Of a stretch of 64,000 nucleotides of DNA, positions 54,637 to 64,000 are shown piece after piece; the stretch's first letter is position 1, and each line of letters starts with the position of its first letter. The DNA comes from a virus. Both the position numbers and the translations under genes were made by a program. The stretch lies in the IMG/VR virus record IMGVR_UViG_3300027777_000034, positions 1-64,000 of that record. One strand, written 5' to 3'. Below the pieces are notes generated by a model. The model saw nothing but the letters and a program-made list of their open reading frames with translations, made no database searches and had not been told where the DNA came from.

Positions 54637-55729
54637 TTTTAAATTAGCAAATAAAATAATTTCAAAAAACATAGATGTTGTTTTAAATCACTTCGATATT
54701 GAATTAAATTATACAGATGCTTATCTTTCTGGTCCATGCCCAATACATGGTGGAGATAATAAGACTGCATTTAATATTTTTACATCTGGTAATACGCATG
54801 TTGGAAATTGGATATGTTACACGCACCATTGTGAAAAAAGTTTTATAAATAATACCATTGGTTTTATTAGAGGTTTGATAAGTCATAGTAAATATAATTG
54901 GTCAAAATCTGGAGACAAAATAGCATCATTTGCAGAAACATTGTACTTAATAAAAAGTTTGTACGACTTTTCAATTGATGATACTTTATCTACAAATAAA
55001 CCTAAAAACATATTAGAATCTTCTGCATTTACAAAGACTACAAGAGAAAAACAAGATAAGTGGAGTAAGACTTCTGTGAGATCAAGCTTATTAATACCAT
55101 CTAAATATTATCTTTCTAGGGGTTACACTGAAGAATGCTTAAATAATTATGACATAGGAGAGTCTAATTCTTCTGTTGGAATTTTTAAAGATAGAGTAGT
55201 TGTTCCAGTGTATGACACAGATGGGAAATTTATAGTTGGATTCACAGGAAGAACAAAGTATAAAAAGTGTGAAGCATGTAAACATTATCATGAACAAGAA
55301 GCTAGTTGCAATGGTTATGTTCATATGTCTAAATGGTGTCACAATAAAGGTTTTTCTAAGAAAGATTATTTATATAATTATAATTTTGCAATTGAATCTA
55401 TTAAAAAAACTGGTGTTGCTATATTGGTAGAAGGACCAGGAGATGTATGGAGAATTGCTGAATCTGGAATTAAAAATTCATTAGCTGTATTTGGATCGTC
55501 TTTAACAGATGCACAACAGATTTTATTAGAGTCATCTGGAGCTTTGCACTTAATACTATTATTTGATTCAGATGAGGCTGGTTTAAAGGCTGGTAATAGC
55601 ATAGAATCTTCTCTTGGTAGAATGTTTAAAATAATTAAACCAAAATTGCCCAATGGTTTTAAAGATATTGGTGAGATGAGTGTGCATGATGTTAAAAGTT
55701 TTTTAGTGCCTATTATGGAAAAAATATGA
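54614..55729 (+). CDS. dnaG: DNA primase
   Basis: CPIH...CYTHHC Zn domain; TOPRIM VEGPGD, FDSDEAG. Confidence 0.9.
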   Translation: MKSQQQIDFKLANKIISKNIDVVLNHFDIELNYTDAYLSGPCPIHGGDNKTAFNIFTSGNTHVGNWICYTHHCEKSFINNTIGFIRGLISHSKYNWSKSGDKIASFAETLYLIKSLYDFSIDDTLSTNKPKNILESSAFTKTTREKQDKWSKTSVRSSLLIPSKYYLSRGYTEECLNNYDIGESNSSVGIFKDRVVVPVYDTDGKFIVGFTGRTKYKKCEACKHYHEQEASCNGYVHMSKWCHNKGFSKKDYLYNYNFAIESIKKTGVAILVEGPGDVWRIAESGIKNSLAVFGSSLTDAQQILLESSGALHLILLFDSDEAGLKAGNSIESSLGRMFKIIKPKLPNGFKDIGEMSVHDVKSFLVPIMEKI

Positions 55730-56373
55730 TACAAAAAATAATTGGATTTTCTGGAAAAAAAGGTTCTGGCAAAGACACTATTGCTGGATTTCTTTCCTTT
55801 AATTCTGTGGCTCTTTTTGGTTGTAGTTCATCCATTTATTCTTTTGCACAACCAATGAAAAAAATAGCTATTGATTTTTTTGGATTAAGGCACAAACAAG
55901 TTTTTGGATCATTTGAAGATAAAAAAACTTTGACAAACTATTTATGGGAAGATCTTCCACATTACGAAGAAATTAAAATTCGAGAAGAAGTAGCTCCAAC
56001 AGGCAAAATGACAGCTAGAGAATTTTTGCAGGAATTTGGAACTGGTATAGCCAGAAGAATGTGTAAAGATGTACACATAAATGCTTGTTTTAACGAAATA
56101 AGAAATGGTCATTGTCCATTGAATTTTATTACTGATGCAAGATTTGAAAATGAAATAGATAGTATTAAAGCAAACGGTGGAATTGTGATAAGGTTAACAA
56201 AAAGCACAGAAGATGATTACCACATAAGCGAAAATGAGTTGGACAATAGTGAAAAATTTGATATTGTTTTAGACAATCAAAAAATGACAAAAGAAGAACA
56301 AAAAACAGAAATTTTAAAAATTCTTAAGAAATTAGATTGGATAAAGAGTGATTATAACTTACTTAAGGTCTAG
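55726..56373 (+). CDS. deoxynucleoside monophosphate kinase
   Basis: GKKGSGKDT, FA.P.K, REFLQ.FGT, TDARFENE. Confidence 0.88.
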   Translation: MIQKIIGFSGKKGSGKDTIAGFLSFNSVALFGCSSSIYSFAQPMKKIAIDFFGLRHKQVFGSFEDKKTLTNYLWEDLPHYEEIKIREEVAPTGKMTAREFLQEFGTGIARRMCKDVHINACFNEIRNGHCPLNFITDARFENEIDSIKANGGIVIRLTKSTEDDYHISENELDNSEKFDIVLDNQKMTKEEQKTEILKILKKLDWIKSDYNLLKV

Positions 56374-57376
56374 TTCTGTATCATCATACTCTTGGTGTCA
56401 ACACAAGTATTGGTTAACCTACAATCTTGGGTTTAAAGATGACTCCAATAAAAAAGCAGAAAAGGGCAATGTTGTACATAAAGGTTTAGAATTGTTGGCA
56501 AATAAAAAGCTTTGCCTACAAAATGGAACAATTTCGTTTTCTGATTCTGAATTAGGTATGGAATTTATAACATCAGAAATGTCACCAGAAACAGCAATAT
56601 TGGCTGGTTTTAATCATTATAAAAACAAAAGCACACATGAGTGGACAGATGTTGATTTTAAAGAATGCACTAAGTGGTTGTGGGATGTTTTATTATTTAA
56701 TAATGGCATGTTTTCACCATTAACTAGAAATATTGTGATGCCAGAACAGTATTTTGATATTGAAATTGATAAACCTTGGGCAAATTATGATTATTTTCTT
56801 CCAGATGGGCAAATAATTTCTGGAAAGTTGCGAATAAAAGGAACTATGGACTTAATAACAAGGGTTGATTCAAAAACAGTAGAATATGTTGATTGGAAAA
56901 CAGGAGAAAGAAAGAATTGGTCAACAGGAAAAGAGAAGGGTTATGATGATTTATACAATGATTTTCAGCTTAGATTGTACCATTATGCTTTAAATGAATT
57001 GTACCCAAATGAAAATATGATAATTATGACAATATTTTTTGTTAAAGCTGGTGGACCATTTTCTTTGTGTTTTCAAAAAGATGATATAAAAACAACCGAA
57101 GAAATGATAAAAAAAGAATTTGAAAAAATTAAGAATTGCAATAAACCATCAAGAATAATAGACTATGGAAAAGACAAATGGAAATGCATTAGACTTTGTA
57201 GTTTTTACAAAGATAAGCATAAAGATTCTGAAAATAATTCAATATGCGACCATATGCATCAAGAATTGATACAACTTGGTATTAACAATGCGTATGTTAA
57301 ACATGCCAAAAAAGATACTGTAAAATCTTATGGCGATGGTGGCGGTCAATCTAATAGGGAGAATCAAAATGGCTGA
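56348..57376 (+). CDS. PD-(D/E)xK (RecB/Cas4-like) exonuclease
   Basis: SS...WC, G..VH..LE, GTMDL, DWKTG, QLRLY, C..LC...C. Confidence 0.85.
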   Translation: MIITYLRSSSVSSYSWCQHKYWLTYNLGFKDDSNKKAEKGNVVHKGLELLANKKLCLQNGTISFSDSELGMEFITSEMSPETAILAGFNHYKNKSTHEWTDVDFKECTKWLWDVLLFNNGMFSPLTRNIVMPEQYFDIEIDKPWANYDYFLPDGQIISGKLRIKGTMDLITRVDSKTVEYVDWKTGERKNWSTGKEKGYDDLYNDFQLRLYHYALNELYPNENMIIMTIFFVKAGGPFSLCFQKDDIKTTEEMIKKEFEKIKNCNKPSRIIDYGKDKWKCIRLCSFYKDKHKDSENNSICDHMHQELIQLGINNAYVKHAKKDTVKSYGDGGGQSNRENQNG

Positions 57377-58067
57377 TTGGAGATGGGAAGATATTGTTTT
57401 TACTAATAAAAAAGAAGAAGTTACAACGACATCAACTTCTGCACCAGAAACTGTTAAATATGAATCTAAGTACAATGGAGAAAAAGTTCTTGTTATTAAA
57501 ACTGATATATTAAAAAATGATTCTTTTCAAGGATTTATTACTGGAATTGAAGCAAAAAAATTGCGTGATAAAATTCTTTCAGTAGACAATATATTTTATA
57601 TTGATCGTAATATTGCAGAAAATGATAAATCTTATAAACAAGTTATACCATACTGTTTGATCAATCGTGGAGATTCAACATTTTGTTATCAAAGATCTAA
57701 AAAAGCATCTGAAAATAGATTGCATGATTTATGGTCATTGGGCGTTGGTGGGCATGTTAACCCATGCGATGGATTGAATAGTGAAACTATTACCAATGCG
57801 TGTAAAAGAGAAATTGAAGAAGAGGTAGAGTTTTCAAATTTAAAAAATGCAAACTTTGTAGGACTGATAAACGATGATTCAAATGATGTAAGTTCTGTTC
57901 ATTTTGGGATTGTTTACAGTGTAAATCTTCAAGATCATTCAACCTTTAAGGTTAAAGAAGAAGCATTAGCAGAAGGTTCTTTTGTTAAAAAAGATATTAT
58001 TAAAGTTGAAGAAAAGAACTGGGAAAATTGGTCTAGTTTAATTGTAAAAGAATATTTAAGAAAGTAA
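57369..58067 (+). CDS. NUDIX-family hydrolase
   Basis: KQVIPY, RLH..SLGVGGH, ACKREIEEEV, VHFG. Confidence 0.8.
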   Translation: MADWRWEDIVFTNKKEEVTTTSTSAPETVKYESKYNGEKVLVIKTDILKNDSFQGFITGIEAKKLRDKILSVDNIFYIDRNIAENDKSYKQVIPYCLINRGDSTFCYQRSKKASENRLHDLWSLGVGGHVNPCDGLNSETITNACKREIEEEVEFSNLKNANFVGLINDDSNDVSSVHFGIVYSVNLQDHSTFKVKEEALAEGSFVKKDIIKVEEKNWENWSSLIVKEYLRK

Positions 58068-58085
58068 AATTTTTAGGAACAGCAC

Positions 58086-59999
58086 ATGAATAATTGGACA
58101 GCACTACATTGTCATTCTCATTATAGTCTTTTAGATGGTTTAACAAAGCCAGAATCTATGGCAAAAAGAGCCAAAAGCCTTGGACACAAGTCTATAGCTC
58201 TTACGGATCATGGAACTATTTCTGGCTCTATTTCTTTTAATAAGGCATGTGTTGCAGAAGAAATAAAACCAATAATAGGGTGTGAGTTTTACATATGTGG
58301 TCAAAGTGCTTTGATTCATGATAAGACTAATTCTAAAAATTCTCACTTATGTGTCCTTGCTAAAAACATTTCTGGCTGGTATGAGCTTATAAAACTTTCA
58401 TCTTTATCAAACAATAAAGATTATTTTTATTATAAGCCTAGACTAAGCTTGGAAGATTTTGCACCGTACTCAAAAAACTTAATAGCGTTTTCTGGACATC
58501 CAGGAACACAATTGGCCAGATGTATTTTTCCAGATGAAGCATACAAGTGTGCTAGTCCAGAAGAAGCAAGAGCTTTAATCAAAGATGATTGGTTTGAAGA
58601 ATCTAAGAAGTTATGTTCTAAGCACCAAGACATTTTTGGCAAAGAAAACTTCTTTATTGAAATACAACTTTTTGATAAAGACAACTTGCATTGTTCTGTA
58701 GTCCTTGCTGAATGCCTTAGAAAACTATCTAAAGAAACTGGCATTAAGGCAATAGCTACTCCTGATGCTCATTACGCTAAACAAGAGGATGCTTCTGATC
58801 AAAGAATAATTTTGTGTGCATCTATGGAAACAACTCTTTCTAAGGTAAGGTCATCTTTAGATAAGCATGAAGATTTTGGATTATCTAGCTTTTTTAAATC
58901 AAATAGGTATTACATTCCATCTACTGAAGAGATTTTAGCCCTTCATGAACCAGAAGAGTTAAAAAATTGTTTATTAATTGAAGAGATGTGTGAAAATTAT
59001 TCTTTAACAAAAAAGTCAGTACTTCCAAGTTTTCAATGTCCAGAAAGCAAAAATGAACATGATTATTTAAGAGAGCTTTGTAGAAATGGATGGAAAGAAA
59101 AGTTTTCAGACTTAGAAAAAGATTCATCAAAGTTTGAAAATTATGTTGGAAGAATTAAAAATGAGCTTTCTGTTATAGGCGATGCTGGTCTTGAAGGCTA
59201 CTTTTTAATTGTTCAAGATTATTGTAATTGGGCTAGAAAACAAGGATGGTTAACAGGAAGAGGGCGTGGATCAGGTGCTGGTTGTATGGTTTCTTATTTA
59301 CTTGGAATAACTCAAGTAGATCCAATTGAGCACAATTTAGTTTTTGAGCGTTTTTACAATGCAGGAAGAAATGTTCCAGGCCATGTAAGTCTTCCTGATA
59401 TAGATTGCGATTTTCCAATTACTAAAAGAGATAAGGTAATTGATTACATTAAATCAAAGTATAACGAAGAAAATGTTTCGCAAATGATAACATATAGTAG
59501 GATGCAGGGCAGGGGTGCTTTAAAAGATGTGTTAAGGGCACATGGTTTTTCGTTTGATGAAAGTAATGCTATTACAAAAAATATACCTGATGAAGCTGAA
59601 ATATCTGAACAGCTTCAAGAAATGAAGGAAGATGGTGGAGAATCATCAATCATTGGTTGGGCATTAGAAAATATACCTTCAAAACTTAAAGATTATTGCG
59701 AGATAGACGAACATGGTAATATAACAGGAAAGTTGTCAAAAGAGTTTTCACAAGCTATTAGACTTGAAGGAACTAAGCGTAGTCAAGGAAAACATGCTGC
59801 TGGAATTGTTATAAGTCACACTCCGTTAAAAGATATCTGCCCTATGATCTATGATAAAAAGAATAAGCAAATGATTGCTGGTCTTGAAATGTCAGATCTT
59901 GAATCAATTGGTTTAGTTAAGTTTGATATTTTGGGGGTTGCTGTTTTAGATAAGATAATGGGTTGTATAAATTTATTGAAAGGAAAAGAAAATGAGTGA
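58086..59999 (+). CDS. dnaE: DNA polymerase III alpha, N-terminal part (PHP + palm/thumb)
   Basis: HCHSHYSLLDG, GRGSGAG, FERF, PDIDCDF, HAAG, KFDILG. Confidence 0.92.
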   Translation: MNNWTALHCHSHYSLLDGLTKPESMAKRAKSLGHKSIALTDHGTISGSISFNKACVAEEIKPIIGCEFYICGQSALIHDKTNSKNSHLCVLAKNISGWYELIKLSSLSNNKDYFYYKPRLSLEDFAPYSKNLIAFSGHPGTQLARCIFPDEAYKCASPEEARALIKDDWFEESKKLCSKHQDIFGKENFFIEIQLFDKDNLHCSVVLAECLRKLSKETGIKAIATPDAHYAKQEDASDQRIILCASMETTLSKVRSSLDKHEDFGLSSFFKSNRYYIPSTEEILALHEPEELKNCLLIEEMCENYSLTKKSVLPSFQCPESKNEHDYLRELCRNGWKEKFSDLEKDSSKFENYVGRIKNELSVIGDAGLEGYFLIVQDYCNWARKQGWLTGRGRGSGAGCMVSYLLGITQVDPIEHNLVFERFYNAGRNVPGHVSLPDIDCDFPITKRDKVIDYIKSKYNEENVSQMITYSRMQGRGALKDVLRAHGFSFDESNAITKNIPDEAEISEQLQEMKEDGGESSIIGWALENIPSKLKDYCEIDEHGNITGKLSKEFSQAIRLEGTKRSQGKHAAGIVISHTPLKDICPMIYDKKNKQMIAGLEMSDLESIGLVKFDILGVAVLDKIMGCINLLKGKENE

Positions 60000-60261
60000 A
60001 AAAGAAGAAATTGAATTAATAGCAAAACTAGTATCTCAACAAATGGGATTAGTTCAAGCTGTTTCAGAATGTCAAAATTCAAAAAATCAACTTTCTTTAC
60101 AGTTTATAAAAATACTTAAAGCAATTGTTTTAAAAAACAACGGTAATTTTGTTATAGAAAAAGAATTTTTTGACTCTGCTGATGACAATGATTTTAAATT
60201 AGATATCACAACTGATGATGAAGAATCAATAGTTTTACAATTTTTAGAGAATGAGGAATAA
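59992..60261 (+). CDS. small acidic protein between the dnaE halves
   Basis: 89 aa; overlaps the end of dnaE-N. Confidence 0.6.
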   Translation: MSEKEEIELIAKLVSQQMGLVQAVSECQNSKNQLSLQFIKILKAIVLKNNGNFVIEKEFFDSADDNDFKLDITTDDEESIVLQFLENEE

Positions 60262-60900
60262 ATGTATAGTAATACAATTATGGTTTTTGATTTTGAAACA
60301 GGTTCTTTAGATATAAATAAGTGTGAAGTAATTCAAGTTGCAGCTATGGCAATAAATAGAAAAACTCTTGAACCAATCAAAGATGGTATTTTTGAAACAT
60401 TAATAAAACCAAGAGACTTTAATAATCTTCAAGATGAAGCTCTTGCAATAAATAAAAAAACAAGAGAAGAATTGAAGCTTGCACCAAGCATTGATGCTGT
60501 TTGGAAAAAGCTTGCAGATTTTATTTCGATGTTTAATAACGGCAAAGGAAATATCTCTGCACCAATTCCAGCAGGGAAAAACATAAGACATTTTGATATG
60601 CCTATTTTTCAAAGAGTTTGCTCAGAACTTGGTTATGTAGATAAGAATGGAAATCAGAATTTATTAAATAGAAGAAGCATGTATGACCTTGATGAAATAA
60701 TGATGTTATGGTTTGATAATACTACAGTGGTTCCAAACTATAAGATGGATACACTTAGAGATTTCTTTGGACTATCTAAAGCTAATGCTCATGATGCTTT
60801 AACTGATGTTATACAGACTTCTGATATTATTTTACATTTTTTAAAGTTGCACAGAAGCATTTTCCCAAAAATTAAATTTAAAGATGCATTTAGAAAGTAA
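60262..60900 (+). CDS. DEDDh 3'-5' exonuclease (epsilon-like)
   Basis: DFETG, N..HFD, AHDALTD. Confidence 0.88.
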   Translation: MYSNTIMVFDFETGSLDINKCEVIQVAAMAINRKTLEPIKDGIFETLIKPRDFNNLQDEALAINKKTREELKLAPSIDAVWKKLADFISMFNNGKGNISAPIPAGKNIRHFDMPIFQRVCSELGYVDKNGNQNLLNRRSMYDLDEIMMLWFDNTTVVPNYKMDTLRDFFGLSKANAHDALTDVIQTSDIILHFLKLHRSIFPKIKFKDAFRK

Positions 60901-60902
60901 TT

Positions 60903-62525
60903 ATGAAATATTATAAGTTTGAATGTGGCTGTTCTTGGCCAATAATTGAAGAATCTAAGATAGAAGGTGCTTTACCATTGATGGAAGTTGATCCATTAAA
61001 ATTGCCATACTGTCAGTCAACTTGGGATTTGTTTGCTAGAGGTGATACAAAAGGCGTATTTCAGCTTGAATCAGATCTTGGTAAACAATGGAGCAAGCGA
61101 TTAAGGCCAAAGAACGCAGAACATCTATCTGCCATTGGTGCATTAATTAGGCCGGGAACACTTCGTGCATTAGACGAAAACGGCATTAGCATGACCGCCC
61201 ACTATTGCAAAAGAGCCAACTTTGAAGAACCAGTTGAGTCATATCATCCTGTTGTTGATGAAATTTTAAAATCAACATATGGATCATTGGTGTTTCAAGA
61301 ACAGGCTATGGAGTTATCTAAGTCTGTCGCTGGCTTTACTCTGCAAGAAGCTGATAAGCTAAGAAAGGCTATGGGTAAAAAACTTGCTAGTGAAATGGCA
61401 AAATGTAAAAAAATATTTATTGAAGGTGCTAAAAAGGCTGAAATTGTAAGCGAAAAACAGGCTGAAGAAATATTTAGTTGGATTGAACAAAGTCAAAGAT
61501 ATTCATTTAATAAAAGTCACAGTTGTTGTTATGGTTTAACTGGATATGATACTGCTTATTTAAAAAGTCATTTTCCAGTTCAGTTTTATTGCAGTTGGTT
61601 ATATTACGCAAAAGATAAACTTGATTCTCAACTTGAGATAATGGATCTTGTTGAAGATGCAAGAAAGTTTAATATAGATGTTTTAGCACCAGATGCTTTT
61701 AAACTAAATAAAAATTTTGCAACTGATGGTTTAAACATATGGTTTGGTATTACTGATATTAAGGGGATTGGTGAATCACAATTTAATAAACTTAAAGCAT
61801 CTATGGAAAAGAATAAAGACAAGCTAAATACTTGGGAAAATTTTGTAGTATTTTGTTCTGATGAAATACCAAGTTCTACTATAATAAAACTAATATCTGT
61901 TGGTGGATTTAAAAGATATAATACATGTAGACAAAAACTTTTAGCAGAATATAACTCTTGGGTGCAGTTAACGGATAAAGAAAGAGAATGGATTAAAATT
62001 AATTTTACAGAATCTACCATAGCTGAATTAATATCTTTAGCAGCAAAACCAAAAAAGGAAAATGGCGGTTGCTCTAATCAGAACAGAGTATTGTTTTTGA
62101 AGGACTTGGCTAATTTGCTCATTAATCCACCATCTCCACATATTGATCTTCCTCAATGGTTAATTTGGTCAGAAAAGGATGCTTTAGGCATTTCTTTGAC
62201 TTGTAATGCAATTGATTCATGCGATACTGCACAAGCCAATACTACATGTAAAGAATTTTTAAATGGAAAAACTGGTTTTATGATTTTTGGAGTTGAAATA
62301 CGAAGATGTAAAGAAGTTGTTACAAAAGCTGGTAAATCTCCAGGATCTAAAATGGCTTTTATGTCTATATCAGATTCAACTGGAAAAGTAGATGATGTAA
62401 TATGTTTTCCAGACTCGTACAAAGATAGTTGGTCTTTGTTAAAAGAGGGCAACACTGTTTTAATTCATGGTGAAAAAAGTAGGGGCAGTGATTCTCTTTT
62501 AGTTAAAAAAGTTTTTCAAATTTAG
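60903..62525 (+). CDS. dnaE: DNA polymerase III alpha, C-terminal part (fingers, HhH, OB)
   Basis: GVFQLES, RPG, FQEQ, RKAMGKK, YSFNKSH, IKGIG, MAF..D. Confidence 0.92.
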   Translation: MKYYKFECGCSWPIIEESKIEGALPLMEVDPLKLPYCQSTWDLFARGDTKGVFQLESDLGKQWSKRLRPKNAEHLSAIGALIRPGTLRALDENGISMTAHYCKRANFEEPVESYHPVVDEILKSTYGSLVFQEQAMELSKSVAGFTLQEADKLRKAMGKKLASEMAKCKKIFIEGAKKAEIVSEKQAEEIFSWIEQSQRYSFNKSHSCCYGLTGYDTAYLKSHFPVQFYCSWLYYAKDKLDSQLEIMDLVEDARKFNIDVLAPDAFKLNKNFATDGLNIWFGITDIKGIGESQFNKLKASMEKNKDKLNTWENFVVFCSDEIPSSTIIKLISVGGFKRYNTCRQKLLAEYNSWVQLTDKEREWIKINFTESTIAELISLAAKPKKENGGCSNQNRVLFLKDLANLLINPPSPHIDLPQWLIWSEKDALGISLTCNAIDSCDTAQANTTCKEFLNGKTGFMIFGVEIRRCKEVVTKAGKSPGSKMAFMSISDSTGKVDDVICFPDSYKDSWSLLKEGNTVLIHGEKSRGSDSLLVKKVFQI

Positions 62526-62533
62526 GAGCAGAA

Positions 62534-62905
62534 ATGAATATTTGTAGTTTTATGGGTCGTTTAACTAGAGAACCAGAATATGTGCAATTACAAAATGGAA
62601 AAAATGTAATAAATTTTTCTATGGCTGTTAGAAACCCAAACACTAGCAGTAAAGATAAAGCAGATACAACATTTATTGATTGTGTAGCTTGGGAAGGAAC
62701 CGCTGATTTAATAAATAAATATTTTAAAAAAGGTTCTAGGATATTAGTGCATACATCTGCAAAAACAGATAACTGGATTGATAAAGATACTGGAAAGAAT
62801 AGATATAAAATTAAATTTCTTGTGCAAAAATTTTGGTATGTAGATCAAAAACAAGAAGATTCGTATTCAAGCATTGAAAATGTTGACGAAGAAGAAGTAA
62901 TTTAA
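62534..62905 (+). CDS. ssb: single-stranded DNA-binding protein
   Basis: GRLTREPE, FIDCVAW, KKG; acidic tail. Confidence 0.9.
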   Translation: MNICSFMGRLTREPEYVQLQNGKNVINFSMAVRNPNTSSKDKADTTFIDCVAWEGTADLINKYFKKGSRILVHTSAKTDNWIDKDTGKNRYKIKFLVQKFWYVDQKQEDSYSSIENVDEEEVI

Positions 62906-62906
62906 T

Positions 62907-64000
62907 ATGCAAAAAAGAAAAGTCCTTCTTGTTGGTGAAGCCTCCTATCTTAATTCTGGATATGCCAATTATGGTTTTCAGATAATGAAAAGGCTTTATG
63001 ACACTAAGGACTTTGATCTTGCTGAAATAAGTTGTCATGGAAGTGATAATAGATCAGATGAGATACCTTGGAAAAGTTATGTTGTTCCTCAAAAATCAAA
63101 CATTTTTGGTGAAGACATATTTAATGATGTTTTAATTGATTTTAAACCAGATATAGTTTGGTCATTTAGAGATCCTTGGGTAGATGAGTTTATTGGTGAT
63201 TCTGTATTAAGGAATAATTTTAAATGGGTCTACATGCCAACTATTGATGCTTTACCATTAGATGTTGACTGGATTGATACAATAAGCAGAGCAGATTATG
63301 TTTTGACATATTCTGATTGGGCAGCAGAAGAACTTAAAAGCTTGTATCCTAATATAAACATTTTAGGTTCAGCATCCCCAGGATTTGATAATAATTTTAA
63401 ACCTGTTGAAGATAAAATTAAATTTAAAAAACAAAATGGAATAAATGAAGAATCATTAATTATTGGTTCTGTAATGAGAAATCAAAAAAGAAAACTTATT
63501 CCAGATTTACTTGATGCATTTTCTGAGTTTTTAGATAAAGCACCAAAAGAAATTTCTGAAAAATGTTTTTTGTATCTTCACACAACTTATCCAGATGTTG
63601 GTTGGAATATACCTAGACTTATTGCAGAAAGACCAAAAATATCCAACAAGGTTCTTTTTTCTTATAATTGCAACAATTGTTTTAAACTTTCAATCTCTTC
63701 TTTCTGTGGTGCAATTATCCAATGCAACAATTGTAAACAGGTCAATTGTACATTCCCTAGAGTTTCAAAAGGCTCAAAAAGAGATGATATGGTTATGGTG
63801 TATAACCTTATGGATCTGTATGTGCAATACTCTTGTGCAGAAGGTTTTGGTATGCCACTAGTTGAAGCAGCATCATGCGGTGTACCAGTTTGTGCTGTAG
63901 ATTATAGTGCAATGACTGATATAGTTAAAAAACTAGAAGGTTATCCAATAAAAGTACAAAGATATACATATGAAGTTGAAACAAACAGAAAGTTTGCTTT
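62907..64000 (+). CDS. GT4 glycosyltransferase with Zn-finger insert (runs off the window end)
   Basis: SGY, RNQKRK, YLHT, CNNC..C..CNNC, EGFGMPLVEA. Confidence 0.85.
   Translation, partial: MQKRKVLLVGEASYLNSGYANYGFQIMKRLYDTKDFDLAEISCHGSDNRSDEIPWKSYVVPQKSNIFGEDIFNDVLIDFKPDIVWSFRDPWVDEFIGDSVLRNNFKWVYMPTIDALPLDVDWIDTISRADYVLTYSDWAAEELKSLYPNINILGSASPGFDNNFKPVEDKIKFKKQNGINEESLIIGSVMRNQKRKLIPDLLDAFSEFLDKAPKEISEKCFLYLHTTYPDVGWNIPRLIAERPKISNKVLFSYNCNNCFKLSISSFCGAIIQCNNCKQVNCTFPRVSKGSKRDDMVMVYNLMDLYVQYSCAEGFGMPLVEAASCGVPVCAVDYSAMTDIVKKLEGYPIKVQRYTYEVETNRKFA

Noticed and set aside
56810-56836. CAAATA-N15-CGAATA as another early promoter
   Set aside because: One mismatch, mid-gene and about 500 nt from the next start; plausibly chance in AT-rich DNA
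56348-57376. Cas4 indicating a CRISPR system
   Set aside because: Solo PD-(D/E)xK exonucleases are usual in phage replication modules; no array or cas1/cas2 is present
59900-61000. Split intein joining the dnaE halves
   Set aside because: No Cys/Ser-initiated intein N block at the end of dnaE-N and no HN-C/S/T block at the start of dnaE-C
1-64000. Stop-codon reassignment
   Set aside because: Conserved genes (RNR, DnaB, DnaG, ThyX) are full length in the standard code, and TAA, TAG and TGA all end genes at tight junctions

Overview
This is a 64-kb segment of a large, AT-rich tailed dsDNA phage genome read in the standard genetic code. The host is probably a planctomycete (inferred from a Tat-signal DUF1501 protein and a CsrA homologue). 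(1) 1-14 kb is an early region of short + strand ORFs behind a repeated promoter motif, TAAATA-N15-CGAATA, with sigma28/FliA-like spacing. It also holds one tRNA(CAT) and an inverted RHH + Zn-finger-HNH cassette. (2) 14-47 kb is an accessory, modification and metabolism region: a C5 cytosine methyltransferase with a nested out-of-frame ORF and a CmoA-like partner, a tail-tube-like protein, CsrA, DUF1501, many glycosyl-/methyltransferases, 2OG oxygenases, a DenV-like glycosylase, Def, ThyX, a papain-like peptidase cluster and a class II RNR. (3) 49-64 kb is the replication module: RecA with a class-3 intein, DnaB, DnaG, dNMP kinase, an exonuclease, an intein-less split DnaE flanking a DEDDh exonuclease, and SSB. 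Several structured non-coding elements and RBS-occluding hairpins are visible. All calls come from reading motifs by eye; no searches were run. Many ORF starts were moved to the ATG that follows a Shine-Dalgarno (SD) site.
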